Assembly: GCA_052390235.1 (NCBI GenBank)
Contig: JBQTHB010000005.1
Coordinates: 224,001-288,000 of the forward strand
Length of the DNA: 64,000 nucleotides
Direction of reading: 5' to 3'
From: Deltaproteobacteria bacterium
GTDB lineage: Bacteria > Desulfobacterota_D > UBA1144 > Nemesobacterales > CSP1-2
Positions 41,237-51,529 of this stretch are shown piece by piece. Under the pieces are notes generated by a model that was given only the letters and a program-made list of their open reading frames with translations, did no database searches and was not told the DNA's origin. Numbering within the stretch: the first letter of the stretch is position 1; every line of letters starts with the position of its first letter. The translations under genes were made by a program, and so were the position numbers.

Positions 41237-41949
41237 GCCGCCCGAGGGTCTCAGCGATAGTGGTCGCCGCAGGCTCAGGCAGTAGAATGCCCGGAGCCGT
41301 TAGAAAACAGTTTCTCCCGCTTGGGGGAAAACCCGTTATCGCGCACACTTTGGAGGCTTTCGAGCGGTGCGATTTAATAGCGGAGATTGCCCTCGTTCTG
41401 CCGGAGGATTCCATCTCGTATGCGGAGAGGGAAATATCGGCGAAATTCGGCTTTCGCAAGGTTTCGAGAATTATCCCTGGGGGCGCGCTGAGGCAAGAGT
41501 CAGTTTATAGGGGATTCCAAGCTCTCGCATCTGACGCAGAAATTCTCCTTGTCCACGATGGGGTGCGCCCATTCGTCTCTCAGCGGGTCATTTGGGCAGT
41601 CGTAGATGAAGCTCGCAGGTCGGGAGCCGCGATTGCCGCAGCGCCGGTTAAGGACACGATTAAAAAGGCCTCGCCGGATGGGACAGTAGCCCAGACCGTG
41701 CCGCGCGAGGCCCTTTGGCTTGCGCAGACCCCTCAGGCGTTTAGGAGGGGTATTTTAGCCCGCGCCCTTTGGGAAGCCGAGTCGAGCGATTTTCGCGGGA
41801 CGGACGAAGCCTCAATCGTGGAGCGTTTGGGCATTGCGGTGTCGCTTGTGCTGGGGTCTCCTCTCAATATTAAAATCACGACTCATGAGGATTTAGCTCT
41901 TGGCGAGGCGATTTTAAACTCGGCGCTGCTCGCCTCAGATGATTTTTAG
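41233..41949 (+). CDS. ispD: 2-C-methyl-D-erythritol 4-phosphate cytidylyltransferase
   Basis: AAGSGSRM, KQF, HDGVRP, QTPQ and NIKITT. Confidence 0.96.
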   Translation: MSRPRVSAIVVAAGSGSRMPGAVRKQFLPLGGKPVIAHTLEAFERCDLIAEIALVLPEDSISYAEREISAKFGFRKVSRIIPGGALRQESVYRGFQALASDAEILLVHDGVRPFVSQRVIWAVVDEARRSGAAIAAAPVKDTIKKASPDGTVAQTVPREALWLAQTPQAFRRGILARALWEAESSDFRGTDEASIVERLGIAVSLVLGSPLNIKITTHEDLALGEAILNSALLASDDF

Positions 41950-41983
41950 TCTGCAAAATATGTATCTAATTCGGTAATCAAAT

Positions 41984-42463
41984 ATGTATCGCACCGGAAT
42001 CGGATTTGACGCTCACCGTTTCGCCACAGGCCGCAGGCTCATGCTAGGAGGAGTTGAAATCCCCTTTGAGCTTGGACTCAAGGGGCATTCGGACGCCGAC
42101 GTTCTTGCGCACTCCGTCTGCGATGCCTTATTCGGAGCGGCGGGCGAGCGCGACATTGGGTTTCATTTCCCCGACACAGACCCCAAGTACAGGGGAGTAT
42201 CGAGCCTTCTGCTACTGAAAGAAACCCTAACTCTCGTGAAATCAAAGGGTTTTATCGTTGAAAATATTGACTCGACCGTCGTGTGCGAGAATCCGAAGCT
42301 CTCGGCTTACATCCCTGCGATAAAATCCTCTCTCGCAGCCGTCCTCGAAATCTCAGATGAAGCCGTCGGCGTTAAAGCCACAACATCGGATGCAATGGGA
42401 TTTACGGGCAGAGGCGAGGGGGTTGTTGCTTTGACAGTCGCTCTTATTAGGAAAATCGGCTGA
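41984..42463 (+). CDS. ispF: 2-C-methyl-D-erythritol 2,4-cyclodiphosphate synthase
   Basis: GIGFDAH, GHSDAD, DIG and KATT. Confidence 0.96.
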   Translation: MYRTGIGFDAHRFATGRRLMLGGVEIPFELGLKGHSDADVLAHSVCDALFGAAGERDIGFHFPDTDPKYRGVSSLLLLKETLTLVKSKGFIVENIDSTVVCENPKLSAYIPAIKSSLAAVLEISDEAVGVKATTSDAMGFTGRGEGVVALTVALIRKIG

Positions 42464-42547
42464 TTCCGCGAACCCCTCCGGGGGGACGGCGCGGCGCTCC
42501 TGTGATAGGTATAGTACCCATAAAGCCCATAAAAAGGCGCGGGAAAA

Positions 42548-44896
42548 ATGACCGCTACTTTCTTTGCTAAGTATAAAATTCTCCCTCCGCTTGCCGCCTA
42601 TATCGCCGGAATTCTCATTGCCTCCCACTCGGATTGGGGTTGGGAGGCGGTAGTCTATCTCTCGCCGCTTATAGGGGCTGCCGCCTTGCTGAAGCCGAGA
42701 TTTGCGCCGCTCGTTTTCATCCCCATCGGGATTCTCTTTGCCGCCGAAAGAGAGCTTCCCCCGAATCACGTCTCGCGCCATGCGGGCAGGGAACTGAACT
42801 TAGATGGGACGCTCTATAAATCCCCTGAGCAGAGGGAGCGAGGCACTCGGCTATTTCTCGAAGCGCAGAGGGTTTTTATAGCCGGCGCGGAGAGTCCGGT
42901 GAGGGGCAGGGCAATCATCACCACCGAAGAGCCCGTGGTCGGGCTTGCCTACGGCGAGAGAATTCGGGTCATTGGGCTAAAGCTCCGCCCCGTGGGCAGT
43001 TTCAAAAATCCGGGGAGTTTCGATGCCAGGGCATTTTACGAGAGACAGGGAATCCGTGTTACCGGATTCGTCCCCGGCGCAAGCCGCATTATCTCCTTCG
43101 GCAGGGACGAGAATTCGAGCCGCTTCATACGCGCGATAGACGGGGTGAGGCTCAAATTCGCCGATTTTATCCGCCGCAAAGCCGAGTTTCCCGAAAATGA
43201 GGTCATCGCCGCCATCACCGTCGGAGAGCAGAGCCGAATCCCCGCAGACCTGAGGCGAAAACTCTCCGAGACCGGCATCATACACGTCGTGTCCATTTCG
43301 GGACTCCACGTCGGGGCAGTGGCGTTCGTATTTTATTTTCTGATAAAGTGGACTCTCAAGCGCTCCGAGTATCTCCTGCTCAGGTACGAAGTGCCGAGAA
43401 TTGCCGCGCTAATAACGATATTTCCGCTATTTACGTACGTTATTCTCGCCGGATTTGCCACCCCCGCAGTGAGGGCGTTTATCATGGCGGCGGTTTATTT
43501 GGTCTCCATTGCCGCCGGAAGGGACGAGAACAAGCTCAACACCCTTGGGGTCGCCGCGCTGATAATCCTCATCGCTCATCCGGGGGCGCTGTTTGAACTC
43601 TCGTTTCAACTCTCTTTTGTCTCGGTTCTAGCGCTTCTGCTTGTGAATAGGTTCTATCCCCTGAAAGTCGCGACGTTCGGGGATAAAATTCTCTCAAGCG
43701 CGAAGACCTCCCTTGCCGCATCCCTTGCCACGATGCCGTTTATTGTGAACCACTTCGGGATTCTCTCGCTCGTGTCGGTGCCGGCGAACCTCCTTTGCGT
43801 GCCGTTTATTGAATTTATCGCAACCCCCTTGGGGCTTCTGTCTTTTCTGACCTATTTCGTGTCCGAAGCCGCTACTGCCGCTCTGCTTCAAGCAAATGTT
43901 CTGCTCGTGAAATCCGTAATTTGGGCATCAGACCAGTTCTTAAAAATCCCCTTTGCCGCCCTAACCGTGCCGTCGTGGGGCGCGCTGGGTTCGCTGTTCT
44001 ACGCGCTGGCTCTTGCGCCCGCGCTTTTGTGGAGGACGCATCCGAGGCTGAGGCTTTTTCTGCCGGTGTTTGCCCTCGCTTTTGTAGCTACCTCGGCTTA
44101 CAGGGTTTGGGGAGATGCAAGCGGGGGGACGATGCGAGTCAGCTTTCTCGATGCGGGCAGTAAAAATATCGCTTTTGCCGAGCTTCCGGGCGGGGTGAAT
44201 ATTCTCATCGCCGGCGGATTTTCCTATTTCGACCGCGGAGGGTTCATTGAGCGGAGCGTCGCCATACCTTTCATGCTCAAATCTGGAGCCGTGAAAATTG
44301 ACTATTTTATTCTGACATCTCTCGATAAAGACCATCTCCAAGGGGCGCAATCCATCCTCGAGAGGTTTCGCGTCGAAAACCTCTGGACAAACGGCGGGAA
44401 ACTCCACGGCGGGCTTTGGGAGCTTGTCTATGCCAAAAAAATAAAATGGAAAAACGTCTCCATCCCTCAGCAGGAGGCTCGAATCGGGGATTTGCAAATT
44501 GAATTCATACAACCGAGAGGGGATTCATTAATCCCAACGGACTCGCGCAAATCGTACCCGCTTCTCGTGAAATTCGATTTTCGGGGCGCCGGGTTTCTAT
44601 TTGCCGAGGGAATTGCCGATGAACCAACTCTATCGCAGATTGCCAGAGAGTACGGGGATAAAATCCGAAGCGACGTAGTTTTCCCTCCGAAGCTCCCTCA
44701 AAAACTGCTCTCTGGGTTCATCGAGGCAACCTCGCCCAAGATTGCCGTCGCCATCGGCGCTGGGGGCGATAAATTGAGCGTGGCTAGAGGCGTTCGATTC
44801 TTCCATACCCAGAGAGACGGCGCGGTTTTCATCACGGCTGACGGCGAGACGCTCAGGGTTAAAACCTATTCGGGCGGCGCGCAGAGTGAGTATTAG
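42548..44896 (+). CDS. comEC: DNA uptake channel ComEC/Rec2
   Basis: OB-like domain (NPGSFD), HVVSISGLHV, SFQLSF and a C-terminal degenerate MBL domain. Confidence 0.93.
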   Translation: MTATFFAKYKILPPLAAYIAGILIASHSDWGWEAVVYLSPLIGAAALLKPRFAPLVFIPIGILFAAERELPPNHVSRHAGRELNLDGTLYKSPEQRERGTRLFLEAQRVFIAGAESPVRGRAIITTEEPVVGLAYGERIRVIGLKLRPVGSFKNPGSFDARAFYERQGIRVTGFVPGASRIISFGRDENSSRFIRAIDGVRLKFADFIRRKAEFPENEVIAAITVGEQSRIPADLRRKLSETGIIHVVSISGLHVGAVAFVFYFLIKWTLKRSEYLLLRYEVPRIAALITIFPLFTYVILAGFATPAVRAFIMAAVYLVSIAAGRDENKLNTLGVAALIILIAHPGALFELSFQLSFVSVLALLLVNRFYPLKVATFGDKILSSAKTSLAASLATMPFIVNHFGILSLVSVPANLLCVPFIEFIATPLGLLSFLTYFVSEAATAALLQANVLLVKSVIWASDQFLKIPFAALTVPSWGALGSLFYALALAPALLWRTHPRLRLFLPVFALAFVATSAYRVWGDASGGTMRVSFLDAGSKNIAFAELPGGVNILIAGGFSYFDRGGFIERSVAIPFMLKSGAVKIDYFILTSLDKDHLQGAQSILERFRVENLWTNGGKLHGGLWELVYAKKIKWKNVSIPQQEARIGDLQIEFIQPRGDSLIPTDSRKSYPLLVKFDFRGAGFLFAEGIADEPTLSQIAREYGDKIRSDVVFPPKLPQKLLSGFIEATSPKIAVAIGAGGDKLSVARGVRFFHTQRDGAVFITADGETLRVKTYSGGAQSEY

Positions 44897-45020
44897 CGGG
44901 ATTTCATATAGGCTCTGTCGAACCCCATATTGAGCCTGCTATGCGAATCGCAGTAAATTCCCTAGCCCTCGAGGTGTCAATCGCCTTTACACCGCCCAGG
45001 CTTCGCATTACTATTGAGCT

Positions 45021-45494
45021 ATGAGAAAAATCGCTCCGTTGATTCTCGCCCTTGCGGCTGTGGCTTATTTTTTCCTCCCGTCGGGGGACGACCCGCGTCA
45101 GATAGACGCCATATTCGGCAAAATTGAGGAAGCGGGGGTGAAAAGAGACTTAGATGGGGTATTCGAGCATTTTTCCTTGCTCTATAAAGATGACTACGGC
45201 GCGACATACCCGGCGCTGAAGGGTATCGTTAAGCGCTTTTTCGAGAAATATGACGGTTTTGATGCCGGATACTCAAATCTTGCCGTGTCTATCGGGGAGG
45301 ATTCCGATGGGAAGGCGAGCGCCGTAGCAAATCTCGACGTTTACATTTCGGGGATAAAATCCGGCAGGGATACGCCAATCGTGGGCAATGAGGGATCTCC
45401 CGAAAATATCACTGTAACCCTTGAGAAATCGGGGCTTGGGGACTGGAAAATCGTAAATATCGAAGGACTCGAGAGCGCTGAGGACGGATTTTAA
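45021..45494 (+). CDS. Membrane-anchored hypothetical protein (NTF2-like fold suspected)
   Basis: N-terminal hydrophobic helix; C-terminal LEK...WKI pattern. Confidence 0.65.
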   Translation: MRKIAPLILALAAVAYFFLPSGDDPRQIDAIFGKIEEAGVKRDLDGVFEHFSLLYKDDYGATYPALKGIVKRFFEKYDGFDAGYSNLAVSIGEDSDGKASAVANLDVYISGIKSGRDTPIVGNEGSPENITVTLEKSGLGDWKIVNIEGLESAEDGF

Positions 45495-45585
45495 CGCGGC
45501 TGTGGGCTTTTCCAATCTGCAAATCGGCGCGGTCGCTCGCAGAAGATTATTTTCCCATCTAGTCTGCGTTAATTCACAGGTGGAA

Positions 45586-46911
45586 TTATTGATTCATGAG
45601 GTTCAGAAAATCCTTATTCGACTTCGTTCCGCTCATCTTATCGAGCAGAAACTCCATGGCTTCGGTCGTATTCATCGGGCTTAGAACCTTTCGCAGCAGC
45701 CACACGCGATTTAAAACGTCCTGCGAGAGTAGAAGCTCCTCTTTTCTCGTCCCTGAGCGCTGAAGGTCAATGGCGGGGAACACTCTCTTATCGGCGAGCC
45801 TCCTGTCGAGATAGACCTCCATATTGCCAGTGCCTTTGAACTCCTCAAATATGACCTCGTCCATTCGGCTTCCCGTGTCAATAAGAGCCGTAGCGATAAT
45901 TGTGAGGCTGCCGCCCTCTTCGGTATTCCTCGCCGCTCCGAAAAATCTCTTAGGGCGCTGAAGGGCATTGGCCTCAATGCCGCCTGACAGCACTCTGCCA
46001 CTTGCCGGGGTTACGGTGTTGCTCGCGCGGGCAAGCCTGGTGAGGCTGTCTAGGAGTATGACGACGTCTTTGCCGTGTTCCACGAGGCGCTTTGCCTTCT
46101 CTATGACCATATCCGCGACTTGGATATGTCTCAGCGGCGGCTCGTCAAAGGTGGAGCTTACGACCTCTCCGTTGACCGACCTTTCCATATCCGTAACCTC
46201 TTCGGGGCGCTCGTCAATTAGAAGCACAATGAGCATCACGTTCGGGTGATTTTTTGTTATGGCGTTTGCGAGTTTCTGAAGGAGTATCGTTTTTCCCGTC
46301 CTCGGCGGGGCGACGATGAGCGCGCGCTGTCCCATTCCAACGGGTATAAAGAGGTTCATGACCCTTGTGCACAGTTCGTTGTGGTCGTATTCGAGCTGAA
46401 GTTTTTTCTCCGGGTGCAGGGGAACGAGGCTTTCAAACGGCACTCGGTCGCGGCAGGCTTCTGGGGATTCGTAATTTACCTGCTCGATTTTAAGAAGCGC
46501 GAGGTTTTTCTCTCCCTCTCTTGGGAGGCGCACCTGCCCTCCGACGATGTCGCCTGTTTTCAGGTTGAAAGAGCGGATTTGAGATTTTGACACATAGATG
46601 TCATCTGGCCCTGGAAGGTAGCTGTACTTAGGAGAGCGCAAAAATCCGTATCCCTCGGAGAGGATTTCCAGCACCCCTTCGGCGAAAATTACTCCCTCGT
46701 TCTCGCTCTGCGCTTTGAGGACGGCATAAATCATGTCCTGCTTGGTCATGCGGGAGGTGTCTTCAATTTGAAGGTCTCTCGCTATTTTCATCAGTTCTGT
46801 GGTTTTTTTACTTCTCAGGTCGGTTAGATTGAGAAATAAGTGGGATTGTGCCTCTATCGCTCCATTTTCATCTGGAGGGGGAGGTTGATGCGCTTTCGAT
46901 ACTCTAGCCAT
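45586..46911 (-). CDS. rho: Transcription termination factor Rho
   Basis: [29 protein letters not shown] and FEEFKGTGN. Confidence 0.98.
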   Translation of the reverse strand: MARVSKAHQPPPPDENGAIEAQSHLFLNLTDLRSKKTTELMKIARDLQIEDTSRMTKQDMIYAVLKAQSENEGVIFAEGVLEILSEGYGFLRSPKYSYLPGPDDIYVSKSQIRSFNLKTGDIVGGQVRLPREGEKNLALLKIEQVNYESPEACRDRVPFESLVPLHPEKKLQLEYDHNELCTRVMNLFIPVGMGQRALIVAPPRTGKTILLQKLANAITKNHPNVMLIVLLIDERPEEVTDMERSVNGEVVSSTFDEPPLRHIQVADMVIEKAKRLVEHGKDVVILLDSLTRLARASNTVTPASGRVLSGGIEANALQRPKRFFGAARNTEEGGSLTIIATALIDTGSRMDEVIFEEFKGTGNMEVYLDRRLADKRVFPAIDLQRSGTRKEELLLSQDVLNRVWLLRKVLSPMNTTEAMEFLLDKMSGTKSNKDFLNLMNQ

Positions 46912-47233
46912 GAGGTTTATACTCTTACTTTAATAGGATTTTTAAGACAAAACGCTTAAGGTTCAATGTTTAGGTGATTACTGCGCGGTCGCCGAAAGTT
47001 TGAAACAACGAAAGTACGTATATTATTTACATTCAATGGGGCGTTTGTCAAGGCTAGGGGCGTTTATGGCAAAAAAACTCGCGTTCTGGTAATTTGTGGG
47101 CAGAGCAACTCCACAGGGCAAATATCATATTGCCCGCCCCCCCGGACCTATTGACTGGCGCTGAATTTTAAATCTTTTACCCGTCTCGCCCGTAATAATC
47201 CCCATATAAATCTATTTAGGAGGAATTCAGGCG

Positions 47234-48604
47234 ATGAGAACTAATAAGAAAATAATCATATCGGCAATATTTGCGCTCTTTGCCCTCGCTCTATTTCAAT
47301 TATCAGCTTTGGCAAAGGCGGGCGCCCAACTGGGCAACTCGTCCCTCTCGTGGGAAGTCGAGCAGAGCAATTCCTACGTGGACTTGGGCGGCGCCGGGGA
47401 GATTTTAGTGAATATGCGCGTTCGCGGGCAGGATGTGAAGCTCACGGAAAGAGCGCCCGTCAACCTCGCTCTAGTAATTGACAGAAGCGGCTCGATGGCT
47501 GATGCGGGGAAATTGGAATACGCAAAAGAGGCGGCGCGGCGCATTATCCAAGGGCTTAGGGATTCAGACCGCCTCTCGATAGTCGCATATTCAACCGAAG
47601 TCGAGCTTCTCTACCCGACTCAATTGCTGAGGGATAAGCAAGGCGCGCTTGCCGCCGTTGACGCTCTCTATCCCACGGACTCGACGAACCTCGCCGGAGG
47701 ACTGATTGCCGGAGTGAGCCAGATAAAATCCCTCGCGGGCAGGGCGGGCTACGTTAATCGAGTGATTCTCCTCTCTGACGGGCTTGCAAACGCCGGCATC
47801 ACCGACAGGGGCGAGATTAACCGCATTGCAAGCGGGGCGTCCGAGGGCGGCGTGCGTATAACGACAATGGGTCTGGGCGTGGATTACGATGAAAATCTCA
47901 TGACCGATGTCGCAGAGTACGGGGCAGGGAATTACTATTTTATAGAGTCGCCCTCGCAAATCGCTGGGATTTTTGAGCGGGAGTTTAATCAAATCCTAGC
48001 CACGGTGGCAAAGGACGCAGTTATCACGCTTGCGCCTTCGTTGGGGGTGCGGATACTCGATGTCTATGGTTATGCGAGCGAGCGGGAAAACGGCAAAGCG
48101 CGGATAAATTTGGGGGATATGTTCGCCGGGCAGGAGCGCAATGTTTTAGTGCGTCTCGCCGCGCCTCTGGATAAACTCGGCAGAAGGGAGTTTCTCCGGG
48201 CGTCGCTTCGGTTTGCGGATGTTCTTGGGAAGAGAAAACCGGCGCAAATTGAAAACCGTCTTGAAGTCGAGGTTACCGGAGATAAGAGCAAAGTTGTCCT
48301 AGGGGAAAACAAAGAGGTCGTCGCAAGGGGGATTTCCGCCGCCGCCGCCTATGAGCTTCAGGGAGCGACTGTTGAATATGAGAAGGGAAACCGCGCATCA
48401 GCCCTCGCGGGGATTAAAAAAGCTCTGGACAAGGTTATCGAGGTCAATAGCTCTGCGCAAAAGAGCGAGGCATCGTCGCGCCAAGAGGCCGAGCTAAGGG
48501 ACGCGCTGCAGGAGATGTCTGTTGCCGCCCCCGCGCCTGAATCAGATGCCGGCAGGGGTTTCATCAAAGAATATAAGGCTAAGGCGAGGGAACAGCTCAA
48601 ATAG
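47234..48604 (+). CDS. Secreted von Willebrand factor A domain protein (YfbK-like)
   Basis: Signal peptide; MIDAS DRSGS, STN, LLSDGLAN and GLGVDYDE. Confidence 0.88.
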   Translation: MRTNKKIIISAIFALFALALFQLSALAKAGAQLGNSSLSWEVEQSNSYVDLGGAGEILVNMRVRGQDVKLTERAPVNLALVIDRSGSMADAGKLEYAKEAARRIIQGLRDSDRLSIVAYSTEVELLYPTQLLRDKQGALAAVDALYPTDSTNLAGGLIAGVSQIKSLAGRAGYVNRVILLSDGLANAGITDRGEINRIASGASEGGVRITTMGLGVDYDENLMTDVAEYGAGNYYFIESPSQIAGIFEREFNQILATVAKDAVITLAPSLGVRILDVYGYASERENGKARINLGDMFAGQERNVLVRLAAPLDKLGRREFLRASLRFADVLGKRKPAQIENRLEVEVTGDKSKVVLGENKEVVARGISAAAAYELQGATVEYEKGNRASALAGIKKALDKVIEVNSSAQKSEASSRQEAELRDALQEMSVAAPAPESDAGRGFIKEYKAKAREQLK

Positions 48605-48632
48605 CTTTTGCCAGCCGTTGCTTGTTCGGATT

Positions 48633-48779
48633 ACCCTTCACCCTGGTACTGTCTAAGGACTCCGCTCACCCTTCGACTCCGCTCAGGGTGAAGATGACGG
48701 CTAGATGTGTCATTCCGAACGCAGAGAGGAATCTGATTCAGTATTTATCGCCCCTCCGACTCCGCTCAGGGTGAAGGGT
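48633..48779. repeat. REP/MITE-like palindromic element
   Basis: 13-bp perfect terminal inverted repeats ACCCTTCACCCTG (48633-45) / CAGGGTGAAGGGT (48767-79); internal direct repeat CGACTCCGCTCAGGGTGAAG at 48674-93 and 48757-76. Confidence 0.7.
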
Positions 48780-48945
48780 TGAGCCCAAAGGAGAGCGGGT
48801 TTTAGCCTCAGCCGCGTGGGGGAGGGAGACACTTCTCGAGTATGCCCAGAATCTGCCGCCCCCGACAATTCCGCTTTCTTGAGAACCCCCTGACGGCGGT
48901 GTATATTGTAAGTCGCACTGAATTTCGTCGAGGGGGTATCGGAGA

Positions 48946-50487
48946 TTGGACGCAATATTAAACGGAAATCTGACGGCGGTTACGTTTTTCCCTCTGGCGG
49001 GAATATTACTCATTGCCGTGCTTGCGCTGATGAGAGCGTCTGAGGGAGCGATAAAAATCTCGGCTCTCGCCGTGAGCCTCGTTGAATTTGCCATCTCCAT
49101 CCCAATCTACACAAACTTTCAGACCGGTTTTGCCGGAATGCAGCTTGAGACCAAAATCCCGTGGATAGAGAGCCTTGGGGTGAGCTATCACCTAGGGGTT
49201 GACGGGATAAGCCTCTTCCTCGTGCTTCTCACGACCTTTCTGATGCCGATAACGATTCTCAGCGCTTGGAACGCCATACACAAGGGGATTGCCGCGTTTT
49301 TGATTCTGCTCCTGCTGCTGGAGTCTGCGATGATAGGCACATTTCTAGCGCTCGATATGATTTTATTCTTCATATTCTGGGAAGCCGTGTTGATACCGAT
49401 GTATTTTCTCGTTGGCATCTGGGGAACGGAGCGCAGAATCTACGCCGCCGTAAAATTTTTCATCTACACGGCGTTTGGAAGCGCGTTGATGCTGGTTGCG
49501 ATATTTTATCTGTACTTCGCCCATATCGAGCAGTTTGGCTTCGCCTCGATGAACGCCCTCGACTTTTATAACCTCAATATCCCCTACGCCGGTGCTCTGA
49601 GTCCTCAGGGGCTTCTGTTCCTCGCCTTTTGCCTCGCTTTCGCCATTAAAGTGCCGATGTTCCCGTTTCACACCTGGCTTCCCGATGCTCACGTTGAAGC
49701 CCCCACTGCCGGGAGCGTGATTCTCGCCGGAGTGCTTCTGAAGATGGGAACTTACGGATTCATCCGCTTCGGACTGCCGTTTTTCCCGGAAGCGACGCTC
49801 GACTTTGCTCCTATATTGGCTATTATCGCGGTGGTCGGCGTGATTTACGGAGCGATGGTCGCGTTTGCGCAGTCGGATTTAAAGAAGCTCGTCGCGTATT
49901 CGAGTGTGAGCCACTTGGGGCTTGTGATGCTGGGGCTATTTGCGCTGAACGTGCAGGGAATCGAGGGGAGCGTTTATCAGATGCTCAATCACGGGCTATC
50001 AACCGGCGCGCTGTTTCTCATGGTGGGGATGATTTACGAGAGGCGGCATACGAAAAAAATCGCCGAATTCGGGGGAATCTCAAAGGTGATGCCGCTTTTT
50101 GCCGCCTTTTTTCTGCTTTCGACCCTATCGTCCATAGGGCTTCCGCTCCTGAACGGCTTCGTCGGGGAGTTTCTGATACTGCTTGGCGTGTTCAGGTGGA
50201 ATTATATTTTCTCGGCCCTTGGCGCGACGGGCATGATACTCGGCGCGGTCTATATGCTCTGGGCTTATCAAAAGGTGATGTTTGGCCCGCTGGACAAGGC
50301 GGAAAATAAAGCCCTCCTCGACCTTAGCCTCCGCGAGGTTATGGTTCTCCTCCCGATAGCGATAATGTTCTTCGTGATGGGCATCTATCCTAAGCCTTTT
50401 CTCGAACGCATGGAGCCGACGGTTACGGAGCTTATCAAGACCAAATTCGAGCCAATTGCCGTTACCGAGAGCGCCGTCGAGAGATAG
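48946..50487 (+). CDS. nuoM: NADH-quinone oxidoreductase subunit M (stand-alone)
   Basis: GVDGIS, FWE, KVPMFPFHTWLPDAHVEAPT, LLKMGTYG, AYSSVSH and GFVGEF. Confidence 0.95.
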   Translation: MDAILNGNLTAVTFFPLAGILLIAVLALMRASEGAIKISALAVSLVEFAISIPIYTNFQTGFAGMQLETKIPWIESLGVSYHLGVDGISLFLVLLTTFLMPITILSAWNAIHKGIAAFLILLLLLESAMIGTFLALDMILFFIFWEAVLIPMYFLVGIWGTERRIYAAVKFFIYTAFGSALMLVAIFYLYFAHIEQFGFASMNALDFYNLNIPYAGALSPQGLLFLAFCLAFAIKVPMFPFHTWLPDAHVEAPTAGSVILAGVLLKMGTYGFIRFGLPFFPEATLDFAPILAIIAVVGVIYGAMVAFAQSDLKKLVAYSSVSHLGLVMLGLFALNVQGIEGSVYQMLNHGLSTGALFLMVGMIYERRHTKKIAEFGGISKVMPLFAAFFLLSTLSSIGLPLLNGFVGEFLILLGVFRWNYIFSALGATGMILGAVYMLWAYQKVMFGPLDKAENKALLDLSLREVMVLLPIAIMFFVMGIYPKPFLERMEPTVTELIKTKFEPIAVTESAVER

Positions 50488-50572
50488 ACGTTGCTTGCGC
50501 ATATATATGGGGCGGCCCTGCGATATTTCCCGGAAGTGATTGTTTTTGCATCCTGAAATTTATGATTAGACT

Positions 50573-51529
50573 ATGGAATTGCCGATGCCGATAGAAGAGC
50601 GCAGCAAAGAACAACCTACTCCAATAACTATAAATGAGTCTTCCCCGCATTATCGCCGCAAATTGAGTATCGGCTACACGAGGGTTTGTAAATGCAACCC
50701 CACGCATATTAATTGCCTTAACGCCAAGGAGTGGATTAAAAGCCAAATTGGCGTCTGGCAGTTTAATTATGAAGGACGCGATGTTAGAGAGAAGAGCCTG
50801 CACCCGGCAACTTTTCCTATTTCATTGGCAAAAAAAGTCATTTTATTGTTTACACATGAGGGTGAATTGGTTTTAGACCCCTTTGTAGGAAGCGGTACTA
50901 CCCTTCTTGCGTCTCAAGATATAAATAGAAACGCTCTTGGGTTTGATATTCAAAAGAAATATATTGACCTCTGCGCCGAACGGCTAGCAACAGGCCATCT
51001 TTTTAATCAAGCACGGCAAATTGCCGTACAGGACGACGCTGCAATGATACCCGACTATATTGAGCCGGATACCGTCAGCCTAATTTGGACGTCCCCGCCG
51101 TATGCCAACTTATTAAATCGAAAACGAAGGAATAAATCTCGTCGAGGTGAGGAGCGCAAAAACGACCAATTGGGCAAAGTAGAGCAATACTCACAAGACC
51201 CGCGCGATTTGGGAACTATGGCTCTTGAGGAATATACAGAGACAATGGGAAATATTTATGGGCGGTTATTGCCGATTCTCAAACCCAAAGGGCATTGCGT
51301 CATCAATGTGCCAGATATGTGGTGGGAAAATGAAAGAATTACAATTCACGTTGCCCTTGTTGAAGAATTGAGGCGGCGAGGGTACGAATTGAGGAATACT
51401 ATTATCTGGGATAGAACAAATATAGTTAACAATGTAGGGATATTCGGCTGGCCCAGCAATTATATTACGATGGGAACTACGTTTGAATATCTGCTGGATT
51501 TCTGGCGTCCTCCTGTCGCTCAAACATGA
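50573..51529 (+). CDS. DNA methyltransferase, probably N4-cytosine (motif I before motif IV)
   Basis: HPATFP, DPFVGSGTT, then TSPPY. Confidence 0.88.
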   Translation: MELPMPIEERSKEQPTPITINESSPHYRRKLSIGYTRVCKCNPTHINCLNAKEWIKSQIGVWQFNYEGRDVREKSLHPATFPISLAKKVILLFTHEGELVLDPFVGSGTTLLASQDINRNALGFDIQKKYIDLCAERLATGHLFNQARQIAVQDDAAMIPDYIEPDTVSLIWTSPPYANLLNRKRRNKSRRGEERKNDQLGKVEQYSQDPRDLGTMALEEYTETMGNIYGRLLPILKPKGHCVINVPDMWWENERITIHVALVEELRRRGYELRNTIIWDRTNIVNNVGIFGWPSNYITMGTTFEYLLDFWRPPVAQT

